Shown: positions 1 through 10,263, numbered from the stretch's first letter. The stretch: 64,000 bases of DNA from an uncultured Gammaproteobacteria bacterium (GCA_964428655.1 CAYRYE010000002.1:183156-247155), one strand, 5' to 3'. A program made the numbers and translations. Notes: generated by a model not told the origin, from the sequence alone.

Positions 1-15
1 GATCGAAATTCAGAG

Positions 16-1650
16 ATGGTTATTTTTGACAAGAAACTCTTAGAAGAAGAGAAGGCAAGACAAATAGCTGCCAGAAAAAAAATCTACGTGGAACTTTTGA
101 CGCCCAATAGAAGGCGCGAATCTATCAGGGCGGGATTGGACGCCATGGAAGATGAAGAACTAACCGAATTTCTCGATAGTGAGTTCAATAGTTGGTGGAA
201 GTCATTGGATGCTAAATTGTCTAGACAAGTCCCACTCACTATAAAAGAGATTCAAGAAATGTGTGAAAAAATAGTGAACAGTGATGAATTTGATGTTTTG
301 CTTGCTATGACAGAAGAGTCTCCGTCTTTTACCTCAAAAATTCTGGATGCATATTTCGACACATTTAGTGAGCGTTTTGCGAATATAGGCATTTTCCATA
401 TTCTCGCTAGTCTTGAAGCGCGCAAGCTAGCAAAGTTTTGGTTTGCTCGAAAATTAAAGCCAGAATTTCAAGAAGAAAGCTCTCAACTACTCTATACTCT
501 TATCGCAAAAATTTATGAGGCAATGCATCGTGTTTCCACAAGAGAAGTTCCCCATTGGGAAAAGGGAGAACCTCCTTACAAAACCGTCAGTGTTTTCGGA
601 AAACAACTACCCATTCCCGTTTTTTTTAAAACTGCTGAGGGCGAGAAGGTGCAAATCGGCAGTAAAGTTGATGTACAAGAGGCGAAAAAAATAACTACAC
701 CAACTCCTGATGCAGTAGGAGAGGATGACGCAATACTAGTTCCCTTAGTTGAAATTGATGAAAGTCAAGAAGGAAAGTGCGCGTTGGTTAATAAAGAAGG
801 CACGTTGGAATCAAACGACGCAATGGAAAGAAAACTTCTTGCTGTGGAAATTGTTGAACATACCCGGAGAGTGCAAGTTGATGGAAAACCAATCATTTAT
901 CTTGCCGGCGATGGTCCAGCCCAACTTGCCCGATTAATAATTGATGAATTAGAGGCTCAAGGAGATAGAGAAACGATAGTGGTTATAAGAGAATATAATG
1001 GCGGCCAGATACAAAATGGGCTGGATGCGACAAACGAATTAGAAAACAAAGAAGAATATTTAGGCAGAATTATTTGGACCCAAGGTTCTGCAAGCGATAA
1101 CTGGGAAATTGTTTTTAAGCAAGCTCAGCAGGCGGCAAAACATAGAAAATTAGACTTGGAAAATAGTGAGGTGGTCGCTGCCGCGTCCAGTTATGTAATT
1201 GGTGCCCTTAATGGAAGCCTTGAAGAAGGTTTTTTAGTTGAAAATGTTGCTAAAAAGATGTGGGAAGCCCTATCCGAAAATGGCGCTTATTTCGGTCTTG
1301 ACTTTTGTGATCCTGGCGTACAAAAACTTGATCCCGAAAATTCTTTTACAAAAGAGAACTGCACTCTTTATGAAAAAATGTTAAGAAAAATGTACAAATT
1401 GATCTATGAACGTGTTCTCAAATCATCGCTTTATTCCTGTTTTGGATTGTGGGGACATAACTTGGGTAATGTAAGACAGACAACAGAAAAGCTGAGTTTA
1501 TTGGGAGCAAAAGTTGAGGGGAAATGGCACCAGACAGTATTTACTTACATCCCACTCCCCTTGTCAACTGAAAAGTTAAAAATGTTTTTCCCTTTCCCCG
1601 GATATGTTTCTTATAAGTGGAAAGCTGTAAAGCCGACTAGCGGTTCTTAG
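16..1650 (+). CDS. Hypothetical protein; C-terminal half possibly a class I SAM-dependent methyltransferase fold (may start upstream of the window)
   Basis: 544-aa ORF. IIYLAGDGPAQLA resembles a Gly-rich motif I, followed by VVIREYN and later ALSENGAYFGLDF (L.pgG-like). The frame is open back to base 1. Confidence 0.4.
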   Translation: MVIFDKKLLEEEKARQIAARKKIYVELLTPNRRRESIRAGLDAMEDEELTEFLDSEFNSWWKSLDAKLSRQVPLTIKEIQEMCEKIVNSDEFDVLLAMTEESPSFTSKILDAYFDTFSERFANIGIFHILASLEARKLAKFWFARKLKPEFQEESSQLLYTLIAKIYEAMHRVSTREVPHWEKGEPPYKTVSVFGKQLPIPVFFKTAEGEKVQIGSKVDVQEAKKITTPTPDAVGEDDAILVPLVEIDESQEGKCALVNKEGTLESNDAMERKLLAVEIVEHTRRVQVDGKPIIYLAGDGPAQLARLIIDELEAQGDRETIVVIREYNGGQIQNGLDATNELENKEEYLGRIIWTQGSASDNWEIVFKQAQQAAKHRKLDLENSEVVAAASSYVIGALNGSLEEGFLVENVAKKMWEALSENGAYFGLDFCDPGVQKLDPENSFTKENCTLYEKMLRKMYKLIYERVLKSSLYSCFGLWGHNLGNVRQTTEKLSLLGAKVEGKWHQTVFTYIPLPLSTEKLKMFFPFPGYVSYKWKAVKPTSGS

Positions 1651-1688
1651 GTACAGGGCACTTGCAGGCGGGTCCCGGATCGCGTAAA

Positions 1689-1941
1689 TTAAAAAACCCT
1701 AGCTTCTCTAACTCAGAAATTAAATCCTGATAGCTGCTAAACAAAATGCCTTTAATTCCTAACTGTTCTGCGCCAACTATATTCTCTTTTTTATCATCAA
1801 TGAAAGTCACTTCTTGGGGCCGCCAATTACTATATTTAAAAATCTCCTGATAAATCTTCTTGTTTGGCTTCCTGATACCTGCCGAAAAGGCTCATTATTC
1901 CAAACCACCTTACCAATATCAAAAACAAGACACTTTATCAT
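1689..1941 (-). pseudogene. HAD-IA family phosphatase remnant (internal deletion and frameshift)
   Basis: The minus strand from ATG at 1941 reads MIKCLVFDIGKVVW (HAD motif I). A different frame from about 1885 reads GIRKPNKKIYQEIF...VTFIDDKKENIVGAEQLGIKGILF...* (motifs III/IV). The middle of the gene is missing. Not in the ORF track. Confidence 0.8.
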
Positions 1942-1947
1942 TTAATA

Positions 1948-3198
1948 TTAAATGGTCAAATTTTTATTCGGGCCGATGGCGGCTAAATAGAAGTTCCTTT
2001 CTTTGAAAAAATCTTCTGCTAAAGAACGCACATCGTCGAGCGTCACCTTGGCCAGTTTATCCAAAATCTCTTCTGCGGTACAAAGTCTATCTTCCAACAA
2101 CCAACTCCGAGCGGCCAAATTAGCTGCCTTGCCCGAAGGCTCTAAAGAAAGCAAAAAACGACCCTTAAGACAACTCTTGGCTTCTTTAATTTCTTTTTCT
2201 TTAACCGTTTCAGCAAAACCCAACATTTCCTGCTTGATCAATTTGACTGCCTCGGCAACTTTATCATTATTCAATCCTGCCTTCACTCCCAAAAGACCCC
2301 CTTCTTGGTAATAATCACTGAAAGAATGAATATAATAGGCCCAGCCGCGCTGCTCCCGGATCTTTCGCCAAAGCCTTGAGCTCATATTGCCTCCTAAAAT
2401 TAAACTTAAAACACTCATTGGCCAACGCCTGGAGTCGGTTAAATCAAAAGTGATTAACTCCAAAACAAGATGGGTTTGCTCGGTTTTCTTTTTCTTAACC
2501 AATTTCTTTTCCCTGCCCGCCTGCCAACCAACTCTTTCCTTCTTAACTGGAGTAAGTTTAACTTTGCCAAACCACTTTTCTACCAATTTCAACACTCGAC
2601 TCCAGTCTCCTTTTTTTAAAGCCCCGCCAATGGCCAAAACCATGTTGGCCGGCGAATAAAGAGTCTTTTGGTAATCAACAAAGTCTTTCCTTTTTAACTG
2701 CGAGACTGTCTTTTTACTGCCAATAATTTCCCAACCCAAAGGATTATTGCCAAAAACTACTCTTTCAGAAAGATCCCAAACTTTTCTTTTAGGATCATCT
2801 TCATACATGTTAATCTCTTCAATAATCACCCCTTTTTCTTTCTTAATCTCTTTTTCTTCAAGAAGAGAGTGGAAAACAATATCGGAAATCACATCAAACA
2901 TCAATTCTAAATGATCTGCCGTACTCTTAATCCAATAAGAAGTTACCTCTTTGCCGGTCGAGGCGTTATAAAGAGCGCCGATTTTATCCAGTTCTTCAGT
3001 GATAGCCAAGGCGCTGGGCCGCTTTTCAGTCCCCTTGAAGGCCATGTGCTCTAAGAAATGAGAAATACCTCGAATACGGGAAGATTCATTTTTGGAACCA
3101 ACCCCAATCATTAATGCAGTCGTTACTGAGGGCGAACCTGTAGGCACAAAAACAATCCGGAGACCATTATCAAGGGTATGAGTGAGGTATTCAAACAT
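1948..3198 (-). CDS. M16 (pitrilysin/insulinase) family zinc peptidase
   Basis: GISHFLEHMAFKGT inverted zinc motif HxxEH, YNASTGKEVTSY, and C-terminal SSRLWRKIREQRGWAY. Confidence 0.95.
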   Translation of the reverse strand: MFEYLTHTLDNGLRIVFVPTGSPSVTTALMIGVGSKNESSRIRGISHFLEHMAFKGTEKRPSALAITEELDKIGALYNASTGKEVTSYWIKSTADHLELMFDVISDIVFHSLLEEKEIKKEKGVIIEEINMYEDDPKRKVWDLSERVVFGNNPLGWEIIGSKKTVSQLKRKDFVDYQKTLYSPANMVLAIGGALKKGDWSRVLKLVEKWFGKVKLTPVKKERVGWQAGREKKLVKKKKTEQTHLVLELITFDLTDSRRWPMSVLSLILGGNMSSRLWRKIREQRGWAYYIHSFSDYYQEGGLLGVKAGLNNDKVAEAVKLIKQEMLGFAETVKEKEIKEAKSCLKGRFLLSLEPSGKAANLAARSWLLEDRLCTAEEILDKLAKVTLDDVRSLAEDFFKERNFYLAAIGPNKNLTI

Positions 3199-3204
3199 TG
3201 AAGG

Positions 3205-3244
3205 AAGTATAGCATAGAAAAGATGCTCTTTTTCTGCTATACTT
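3205..3244. promoter_or_regulatory. Symmetric divergent promoter: two back-to-back extended -10 elements (TGCTATACT) for the M16 peptidase and tRNA-Gly
   Basis: AAGTATAGCA (3205-3214) and TGCTATACTT (3235-3244) form a perfect inverted repeat. Each lies about 7-10 nt upstream of the start of its gene. Confidence 0.7.
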
Positions 3245-3253
3245 TTTCTATCT

Positions 3254-3329
3254 GCGGGAGTGGCTCAGTTGGTAGAGCATCTCGTTGCCAACGAGAAGGT
3301 CGCGGGTTCGAGCCCCGTCTCCCGCTCCA
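3254..3329 (+). tRNA. tRNA-Gly (GCC)
   Basis: 76 nt with GCGGGAG/CTCCCGC acceptor stem, D arm GCTCAGTTGGTAGAGC, anticodon arm TCTCG-TTGCCAA-CGAGA, T loop GGTTCGAGCC and encoded CCA. Confidence 0.98.
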
Positions 3330-3386
3330 ATAAAGAATCAATTGCCTCTTGACTTAATCTTACAAAAGGATAAAATAAGCAACAAT

Positions 3387-3623
3387 ATGAACCTTTCGAA
3401 TATAGTATTTAGAGAACGGCGTTTCGGATCAAGAACACCGTCATCATCGCTTGATGGACTAACGCTTTTTCAAGCAATGGGGCGAAGCCCAGGATTGAGC
3501 AGGGGGCAACGAAGATTTGTTGAACAAACTCTCGAAGCGGCAATAGAAGGACGACCACCCCCTATCTTAATTAGAATGCGTAGAACACGCACAACAGGCA
3601 AGGCAATAACACCAAGAAGATAA
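3387..3623 (+). CDS. Small Arg-rich orphan protein (about 78 aa)
   Basis: The ORF-track start at 3285 lies inside the tRNA. ATG 3387 follows TTGACT(3349)-N16-TAAAAT(3371). Confidence 0.55.
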   Translation: MNLSNIVFRERRFGSRTPSSSLDGLTLFQAMGRSPGLSRGQRRFVEQTLEAAIEGRPPPILIRMRRTRTTGKAITPRR

Positions 3624-3655
3624 TATTAGCCACCCGGGACTGCAGAAGTTACCTC

Positions 3656-3684
3656 TTGACAACATTACTCCTTAGTAATAAAAT
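3656..3684 (+). promoter_or_regulatory. Sigma70 promoter of vapBC with palindromic operator
   Basis: TTGACA(3656)-N17-TAAAAT(3679). The inverted repeat ATTACT-CCTT-AGTAAT (3664-3679) in the spacer is typical of TA autorepression. Confidence 0.75.
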
Positions 3685-3693
3685 ATTACCAGT

Positions 3694-3990
3694 ATGAAAG
3701 TAGGAACAATTGCAACTACTAATCAAAAGGGACAAATTGTTATTCCTAAAAAAATGAGAGATATTCTGGGAATTGAGCCTAATATAGTTTTAAGTTTGAT
3801 TGTCAGGGGTGGCGGTATCTACATCTACCCCATTGAAGAAGTAATTACTAAAGCTGAAAAAGAAAGCTCCTATTTTGAAATTTTGAAAAAAACTCAAGGA
3901 GCCTGGGCAAAAGAAAATTGGGATTCTTTAAGAAAAAAAAGAGCAAAAATTGAATTAGCTGCTTCCAAAAAAAGAAAAAAAGCATGGTAA
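3694..3990 (+). CDS. vapB: AbrB/MazE/SpoVT-family antitoxin (VapB-like)
   Basis: TTNQKGQIVIPKKMRDILGI swapped-hairpin signature; overlaps the start of the PIN gene. Confidence 0.85.
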   Translation: MKVGTIATTNQKGQIVIPKKMRDILGIEPNIVLSLIVRGGGIYIYPIEEVITKAEKESSYFEILKKTQGAWAKENWDSLRKKRAKIELAASKKRKKAW

Positions 3991-4364
3991 TTCTTGACAC
4001 CAATATTATTATTGATCATCTAAGACAAGCCAAAAACAAAGAATCACACCTGATTGGAATTGCTAAGCAAAAACCGAAAGAGACCTTGGCCATTTCAATG
4101 GTCACCCTTCAAGAACTTTATGAAGGAAAAAGTACAAAAAACGATAAAAAAGAACAGTTTTTATTGGCAACAATCAGTCCTTTAAAAATTTTCCCCTACT
4201 CGTACGAAGTGGCCAAGTTGGCTGGTGAAATTGCCAGGGACTTAAATCGTCCAATCCAACTGGCTGATGCGGCCATTGCCGCTACCACTATTATCAATGG
4301 CGCTCAACTTCTCACTTTAAACAAAAAAGATTTTAGAGGAGTCAAGAGGCTGGAGCTCGTTTAG
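3984..4364 (+). CDS. vapC: PIN-domain toxin VapC
   Basis: ILDTNIIID, ELYEG, LADAAIAAT and LLTLNKKDF carry the conserved acidic PIN residues. Confidence 0.92.
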   Translation: MVILDTNIIIDHLRQAKNKESHLIGIAKQKPKETLAISMVTLQELYEGKSTKNDKKEQFLLATISPLKIFPYSYEVAKLAGEIARDLNRPIQLADAAIAATTIINGAQLLTLNKKDFRGVKRLELV

Positions 4365-5427
4365 CCCCTTGTATTCCCCAAACTAACATTAATACCCAAG
4401 GGTAAAAAAGAGAATTGTTAAATAAGCTGTGAACAGCAAGAGGTAAAATCAACCAAAATGGCTGCCAGCCGAAAACTAGCCAAACAAAAGCAATTAACCC
4501 AAAAATGCCGGTGGTCGCCCAGACTAGTAAAAAACTATTATCTGCTTTTTGACCTCCAGGGCCGGCCAGTTGATAATTATTAAAACCAATTCCAAAAATT
4601 GGATTTTGCTTAATTACTTGCCAACTCTCTTGCCAGTTTTGGAAACGAGCCCGGGTAGAAGCGGTTCGAAGCAGGTTGCCGCCTTCACCCACTGGCCTGG
4701 GCAGGAGATAGAAAATAATCGCAGAAACAAAGAACCAAACAAGCGCCTGCCTGATTCTCCCATTTCTCAACACCCGATGTTTCTTTACAGCCCAACCAAA
4801 AAGCAACACTAACCAAGCCAGCCAGCTGCTGCGGGAATAAGTAAAAGCTAAAGTGACTAATAAAAATAATTTCCTGAAAAAGTCTGACCTCTTTCTGGCA
4901 AATTCTAGTCCTAAACCCAAGACTAGTATTATCCCCATAAAATTGGGGTCCAAGAAAGTGCCGGTTAAGCGATAATAATGATCATCCCAACCAAAATATT
5001 TTAAATGAGTTAGGTCGGGAAAAAACAAATATTGAATCCAACCGAAGATAGCAGTTAGCAAAACAGAAAAACGCAAAAGATTTAAGATTTTAGATTTATG
5101 ATTTATGAATTTAAAAATAGCAAAATAGGGACCAGTGAGAGCCAGCCAACGAACTAAGTAAGCTAAACCTAAAATACTCTCCCCTCTCCATTTGGATAAG
5201 TTAATTAACCAACTCAAAAGCGCAATGCCTGTAAAGATAAATATCCGCCTGCTCTGCCTTTGCGCAAATATATTTTTCAAGTTGCCACCAACAACCAGTA
5301 AAACCCAAATTGCTACTAAAACTAAATCATGAATATAAACACTAACTCCAGGAATACCCAAAGGTAAACGAATCAACTGACCTAAAGGAAATAGAAAAAA
5401 CAAAATTAAAAAAAGACCAAGATCCAT
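4342..5427 (-). CDS. O-antigen ligase/Wzy_C-family polytopic membrane protein
   Basis: RLTGTFLDPN, LAFTYSRSSW, NPIFGIGFNNY and HSLFNNS motifs. Likely start is ATG 5427 after TGGTATTAT. Confidence 0.85.
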   Translation of the reverse strand: MDLGLFLILFFLFPLGQLIRLPLGIPGVSVYIHDLVLVAIWVLLVVGGNLKNIFAQRQSRRIFIFTGIALLSWLINLSKWRGESILGLAYLVRWLALTGPYFAIFKFINHKSKILNLLRFSVLLTAIFGWIQYLFFPDLTHLKYFGWDDHYYRLTGTFLDPNFMGIILVLGLGLEFARKRSDFFRKLFLLVTLAFTYSRSSWLAWLVLLFGWAVKKHRVLRNGRIRQALVWFFVSAIIFYLLPRPVGEGGNLLRTASTRARFQNWQESWQVIKQNPIFGIGFNNYQLAGPGGQKADNSFLLVWATTGIFGLIAFVWLVFGWQPFWLILPLAVHSLFNNSLFYPWVLMLVWGIQGAKRAPAS

Positions 5428-5488
5428 ACTTAATAATACCATTAATAGATCTTTTCTCTATAAGAAAATTATGGTAAAATACATTATT

Positions 5489-5770
5489 ATGGCAAGGATA
5501 GTAAAACCATCAGGAAGGGAAAAAACACGCTGGGGAGAAAGAGGTTCTGGTTTTAGTTGGAGGTATAAACAAGTAAATAATGTATTGGTTCATAGATATA
5601 CAAGAAGACCAGTTGGAATGCCCACCGAAGAACATCGCCAACTTCAATTAGCTCGAAAAGCGGGTCGGGAAAAAAACTCGGAAAAGAGTAGGACAACCCG
5701 GATCAAGACGACTCAGAACAAGGTGAGAATGGCAGCGGTTTTATTAAAGGACTGCCCAGGCAACTTCTAA
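5489..5770 (+). CDS. Small basic orphan protein (about 93 aa)
   Basis: Extended -10 TGGTAAAAT (5472-5480) lies 8 nt before the ATG. Arg/Lys-rich; converges on and overlaps the GT87 gene 3' end. Confidence 0.5.
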   Translation: MARIVKPSGREKTRWGERGSGFSWRYKQVNNVLVHRYTRRPVGMPTEEHRQLQLARKAGREKNSEKSRTTRIKTTQNKVRMAAVLLKDCPGNF

Positions 5771-6881
5771 GGTTGAGTTCCCTCTTGTTCGCGAAAAATA
5801 TTAAAAAATAAACAAGTAGGGTGCCAAAAACTGCATGGGACAAAAGAAGTCTTCCCCATAAAGTGGTTTCAAAAATGCTTGGATTTTTAAAGTTAAAAGC
5901 AATTAAAAAATAGGCAAAAGCCAAAATTAAAAGTTCGGTCTTTTTCCCTGCTTTTAAAAAGTGAGTAAAAAGCACAATTATTGGGAAAAATAGAAATACC
6001 AAATGGTGCTGCCAAGAAACCGGAGCGATTAAAACACCCAAAGTGATTAAAAGACTAAATTTTAAATGGTCGGAATTTAATTGACCGATTCTCAACCAAG
6101 AAAGAAAAATGAAAATCAAACCAATTAGAGTAACTAAAAATGCCTGCCTGCCCCAAAGTCGAGAAATCAAGCCGGTCAACGCCTGATTGTAATAGGCGCT
6201 ATTGGCAAAATGACTTTTAAAACTAGGCAAAGTAAGGAAAAAGAAATCTTTGAAAATATCTCTGGGTAAAATCAAAAAACTTAGGCCCAGCCCCAAAACC
6301 AAGAAAAGCAAAATTCTTTTAAACACTCTCCACTCTTTTTTCTTAATGAAAAAAAGAAAAATCCAGACAGGAGTAAGTTTGATTAAAAGAGAAAGAGAAA
6401 AGAAAAACGAGCTCAGATTTATTTTTTCTTTTTGGTAAAAATAAAAAGATAAACTAAATAAGAGCAGAATAAAATTGTTGATTTGACCCATACCTAAAGT
6501 AAACTTAACCGGAAAACTTAAAAAGGCCAAGGGGGCTAAAAATAAAAACCAATTTGCAGATTTAAGTTGACAGCTAGTCAAAATCAGTCGAATGCTAATC
6601 AATAAGGCTAGAAAAGAAAAGACGCTCCAAGTTAGCTGAATTAAATTCAAAGGAAAATAACCTAAAAGGGCAAAAACTAAAAGAGAAAAAGGCGGATAAA
6701 GGATTGGCGATGAGGTTCGGTAGGGATTGATTCCCTTCCTCAAATTGCTGCCAACTTGATAATAAGCCTGAGCAAAATCAGGTAAATAAATGCCTCTGGC
6801 GATAACTTTACCGAAAGAATAAAGTAATTGAAATAAGCCAAGAAAGAAAAACAGCCAAAAAAGAGTCTTTTTTAACTTCAC
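5703..6881 (-). CDS. GT87/DUF2029-family GT-C glycosyltransferase
   Basis: DF..YY, LYPPF, GQINNFILLL, IKLTP, NQAL and PVSWQHH motifs; many TM helices. Confidence 0.85.
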   Translation of the reverse strand: MKLKKTLFWLFFFLGLFQLLYSFGKVIARGIYLPDFAQAYYQVGSNLRKGINPYRTSSPILYPPFSLLVFALLGYFPLNLIQLTWSVFSFLALLISIRLILTSCQLKSANWFLFLAPLAFLSFPVKFTLGMGQINNFILLLFSLSFYFYQKEKINLSSFFFSLSLLIKLTPVWIFLFFIKKKEWRVFKRILLFLVLGLGLSFLILPRDIFKDFFFLTLPSFKSHFANSAYYNQALTGLISRLWGRQAFLVTLIGLIFIFLSWLRIGQLNSDHLKFSLLITLGVLIAPVSWQHHLVFLFFPIIVLFTHFLKAGKKTELLILAFAYFLIAFNFKNPSIFETTLWGRLLLSHAVFGTLLVYFLIFFANKRELNLRSCLGSPLIKPLPFSPCSESS

Positions 6882-6943
6882 CTTTTCATTCTATCAGAAG
6901 CTTGGTAATAGTAGTTTAACGTTCTCTACTGAAGTGTCGACCT

Positions 6944-8734
6944 TTACATTTTCTGCAACACTTCAATTCCCAAAATCTCCAAGCCCATTTTGAGAATATT
7001 AGCGGTCACTTGAGTCAAAAATAAACGAAAGTTTGTTATTTGAGATTTGGAATTTGGAATTTGGGTTTTGGAATTTTCCAAAATACGGTGTTTTTGATAA
7101 AACAAATTAAACTTTTGGGATAATTCAAACAAATACTGGCATAAGATATGAGGAGAAAAATTCTCGGCTGAAGCTAAAATAACTTCTGGGAATTGATAAA
7201 AAGTGCGAAGTAAACTTAATTCTTCGGAATTATGTTCGTAGTTCGTGGTTCGTAGTTCGTGGTTCGTATTTTTAGATTTTTTTAGAATTGAGAGGCAGCG
7301 AGTGCAAGTATATTGGAGGTAAGGAGCCGAATAACCCTCCAGCGATAAAATCTTATCCCAGTCAAAAATAATGTCTTTTTCCGGCTCTTGTTTTAAATCA
7401 TTAAATTTAATTCCTCCAATGCCAACTGCCTGAGCAATTTTTTCTTTCCCCTTCTCGCTCAAGTCTTTACCTGTCTGGCTATGCTCAACAAAGCCTCTGG
7501 CCCTTTTAAGCCCTTCATTAATAATGCTCCCCAAGTGGATCGTATCCCCTTTTCTCGTTGAGAATTTGCCATGACGCCAGCGAAGCAACCCATGAGGAAT
7601 ATGGACTAATTTACTAGCTGAAATATAACCTAATTTCTCAGCTATAGCGAAAACTTGCTGGAAATGGAACTTATGTTCTGAGCCTACTTCATAAATAATC
7701 AAGTCCGGCTGCCATCTCTCCATCCTGAATTTAATCGTGGCTAAATCCCGCAAAAGATAAGTTGTCCCTCCATCAGATTTAATCAACATCCCTGGAGCCT
7801 CTAAACCAAGAACATTAATAATCTTGGCACCCTGGCTTTCTTCAATTAGGTTTTTTTCCTGAGCATCTTTCAAAACTTTGTCCATCCAACCTTTGAAATG
7901 ATAAAAAGATTCTCCATAAGCATAATCTATGCTTACCCCCAAAGTCTTATATACCCTTCTGAATTCCCCCAAGCTTACATCAGTACAGATTTGCCAGATT
8001 TTTTTGGCTTCTTTATCACCATCTTCTAGTTTTTTAAACCAAAATCTAGCTTCATCTTCCAATTTAGAGTCCTTCGAGGTTTTATGGTGAAATTTGACAT
8101 AAAGTTTTTCTAACTCTGCAATAGTTAAATCTCTTAAATCTTTCTGCCACCACTTTTTGATGGCCACAATCAATTTGCCAAACTGAGTCCCCCAATCACC
8201 CAAATGATTATCGCCAATTGTTCTCCAACCTAAAATTTTGTAAAGATTGTAAACCGCTTGACCAATGTTTGTTGAACGCAGATGACCAATGCCAAAAGGC
8301 TTGGCAATATTGGGAGCAGAATAATCAATCACCACCGTCCTGTTCTTGCCAATTTTTCCCAACCCCTTCTTAAACTCTCTTTCATCCAAAATCTCTTTTG
8401 CTTGATTAATAAAATATTCTTTTGAAAGCTGGAAGTTGATAAAACCAGGAGAGGCAATTTCAATAGCGCCTAGCATATAGTATTTAGTGTTTAGGGATTT
8501 TAATTCTTTAGCAATCAATTTTGCCAGGTTCAAAGGTTTCTTTTTTAACCTCCCTGCCAAAACCATGGCAACATTAGTGGCATAGTCACCGTGATTGGGA
8601 TCGGCCGGGTGCTCAAGGCGAACATTCTCTGCTTTCTTGCTCAACTTTAAATTTGAGCAAGCCTCAACAATCGCCTGTTTTAACTGCCTTACCACCTCAA
8701 TTTCTAGAATATTGTTTCTCCCAGCTTTGTTCAT
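6944..8734 (-). CDS. argS: Arginine--tRNA ligase
   Basis: GDYATN, DYSAPNIAKPFGIGHLRST, NHLGDWGTQFG, KFSTRKG and APYLQYT motifs. Confidence 0.97.
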   Translation of the reverse strand: MNKAGRNNILEIEVVRQLKQAIVEACSNLKLSKKAENVRLEHPADPNHGDYATNVAMVLAGRLKKKPLNLAKLIAKELKSLNTKYYMLGAIEIASPGFINFQLSKEYFINQAKEILDEREFKKGLGKIGKNRTVVIDYSAPNIAKPFGIGHLRSTNIGQAVYNLYKILGWRTIGDNHLGDWGTQFGKLIVAIKKWWQKDLRDLTIAELEKLYVKFHHKTSKDSKLEDEARFWFKKLEDGDKEAKKIWQICTDVSLGEFRRVYKTLGVSIDYAYGESFYHFKGWMDKVLKDAQEKNLIEESQGAKIINVLGLEAPGMLIKSDGGTTYLLRDLATIKFRMERWQPDLIIYEVGSEHKFHFQQVFAIAEKLGYISASKLVHIPHGLLRWRHGKFSTRKGDTIHLGSIINEGLKRARGFVEHSQTGKDLSEKGKEKIAQAVGIGGIKFNDLKQEPEKDIIFDWDKILSLEGYSAPYLQYTCTRCLSILKKSKNTNHELRTTNYEHNSEELSLLRTFYQFPEVILASAENFSPHILCQYLFELSQKFNLFYQKHRILENSKTQIPNSKSQITNFRLFLTQVTANILKMGLEILGIEVLQKM

Positions 8735-8760
8735 TTTTCCTTTTTAAAGTATAACACCAA

Positions 8761-10094
8761 TTAATTCAGCGCTTGGCAGATTAAACCCCGAGACTTGGCT
8801 TCAACTTTACTCCCTTTTTTAAACTCTAAATTAAACCAGAAAAGTATTAACCAGTGCAGCAAATTTAATCTCAACAAAGCTGGCAGAAGTCTTTTAAAAA
8901 TGTTGAAAAAAGAATAGGTTTTTCGGAAAATTTGCCAGTGAGCTTTTGCTTGTTGGCGTAAACTGAGTCTTTTAGACTTAATTAGAGGTGTAATGGCATC
9001 GTATTTCTCCCAACCACCGGAAAGAACCTGACCAGCTTTAAGCATTTCTTTTCTAAGGCGAGTGCCAGGAAATGGAGTGAGAAAAGTTACCTGAGGAAGT
9101 TCCACTTTCTCCTGACAAAAAAATTTAATCGTCGCCTCAGCTGTCTGAAATGTATCTTTTGGGTAGCCAAAAATCATTCCTCCCATCACTGCCACTCCAA
9201 ATTTATGAAAAATCCTGATTGCTTCACGATTTTCTGACACACTGACACCCTTGCCCATTTGTTTGAGATCTTTATCATTAATTCTCTCAAGACCAATAAA
9301 GGCCAAGAAAAATCCGCTTTGGCCGCTTTAGCCAAAAGCTTGGTTCTCCGAGTTGCTAAAGTAGAACGAGTTTGGGCAATAACATGGAAACGAAAGCGGC
9401 CCAAAAGCTTGATTAATTCCGTTGAATATCGAGAATCCTCAAAGGCATCATCATCAACCAAAAATAAAATTTTGGTTTTTAACTTCTCCAAAAGTTTTAG
9501 TTCAATTTCAATATCTGATAAGCAACGATGTCTAAGACAACGACCGCTAAAAGCGGTCACCGAACAAATGTCACAATTATAAGGACAGCCGCGAGTGGTC
9601 TGAAGGGGACGAATGAAAACACCTGAGTAGGAAGGAACCTGATCATGGACAGGAATCGGCACCCGGTCCAAACTAGGGTGCTGGCCAAAGAAATTATAAA
9701 TTTTTTGAGGCCTTCCTTTTTCTATCGCCTCCATGATTTTAAGTAAACGCCCCTCTGTTTCACCTCTGAAAACAACGTCGCTCCATTGAGTCACCTCCCC
9801 AGGGCACATCGAAGCATGAATTCCCCCACAAACAACAATTTTGCCGGCCATTCTGGCTTGTCGAGCTGCTTTCTCCATTTCTTTTGCTTGAGCTGTCTGA
9901 CCAGTAATAAAAACCACTGATTCATCACCCAAGGCCAAAGGTTCAAAACTCATATCCAAAATTCGAATCTGCCAACCGATTTCCTGGAGCATGCCTCCTA
10001 AAACCGGCAGGCTATAGGGAACAATGCGGCCAAAACGGACTCGCTGATAACCTGAAGGAGGCATAGGATTGACAATCAAAACTTTTTTCTTCAT
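8761..10094 (-). pseudogene. B12-binding radical SAM protein split by a one-base frameshift near 9315
   Basis: The upstream ORF has GGIHAS and TRGCPYNCDIC (CxxxCxxC). The downstream frame continues FIGLE...MIFGYP...TPFPGT. Adding one base at AAAGCGGATTTTTC restores ..KAGFFLAFIGLE... Confidence 0.8.
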
Positions 10095-10263
10095 TGTTTT
10101 AACCATACTTTAGCAATAATCCCCAAACCAATCAAAGTCAAAATTGAAATTGCTTTCCTTCAACTCATTATAAAAATTAATTAAATTGCGAGGGTGATAA
10201 GACAAAAGTGGAAAAAGCAAAAGATAATAAGGATAATATAAAATAATCCAAAACATAAGATTG

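Noticed and set aside
3285-3386. N-terminal extension of the 3285 ORF
   Set aside because: It overlaps tRNA-Gly; the promoter position supports ATG 3387.
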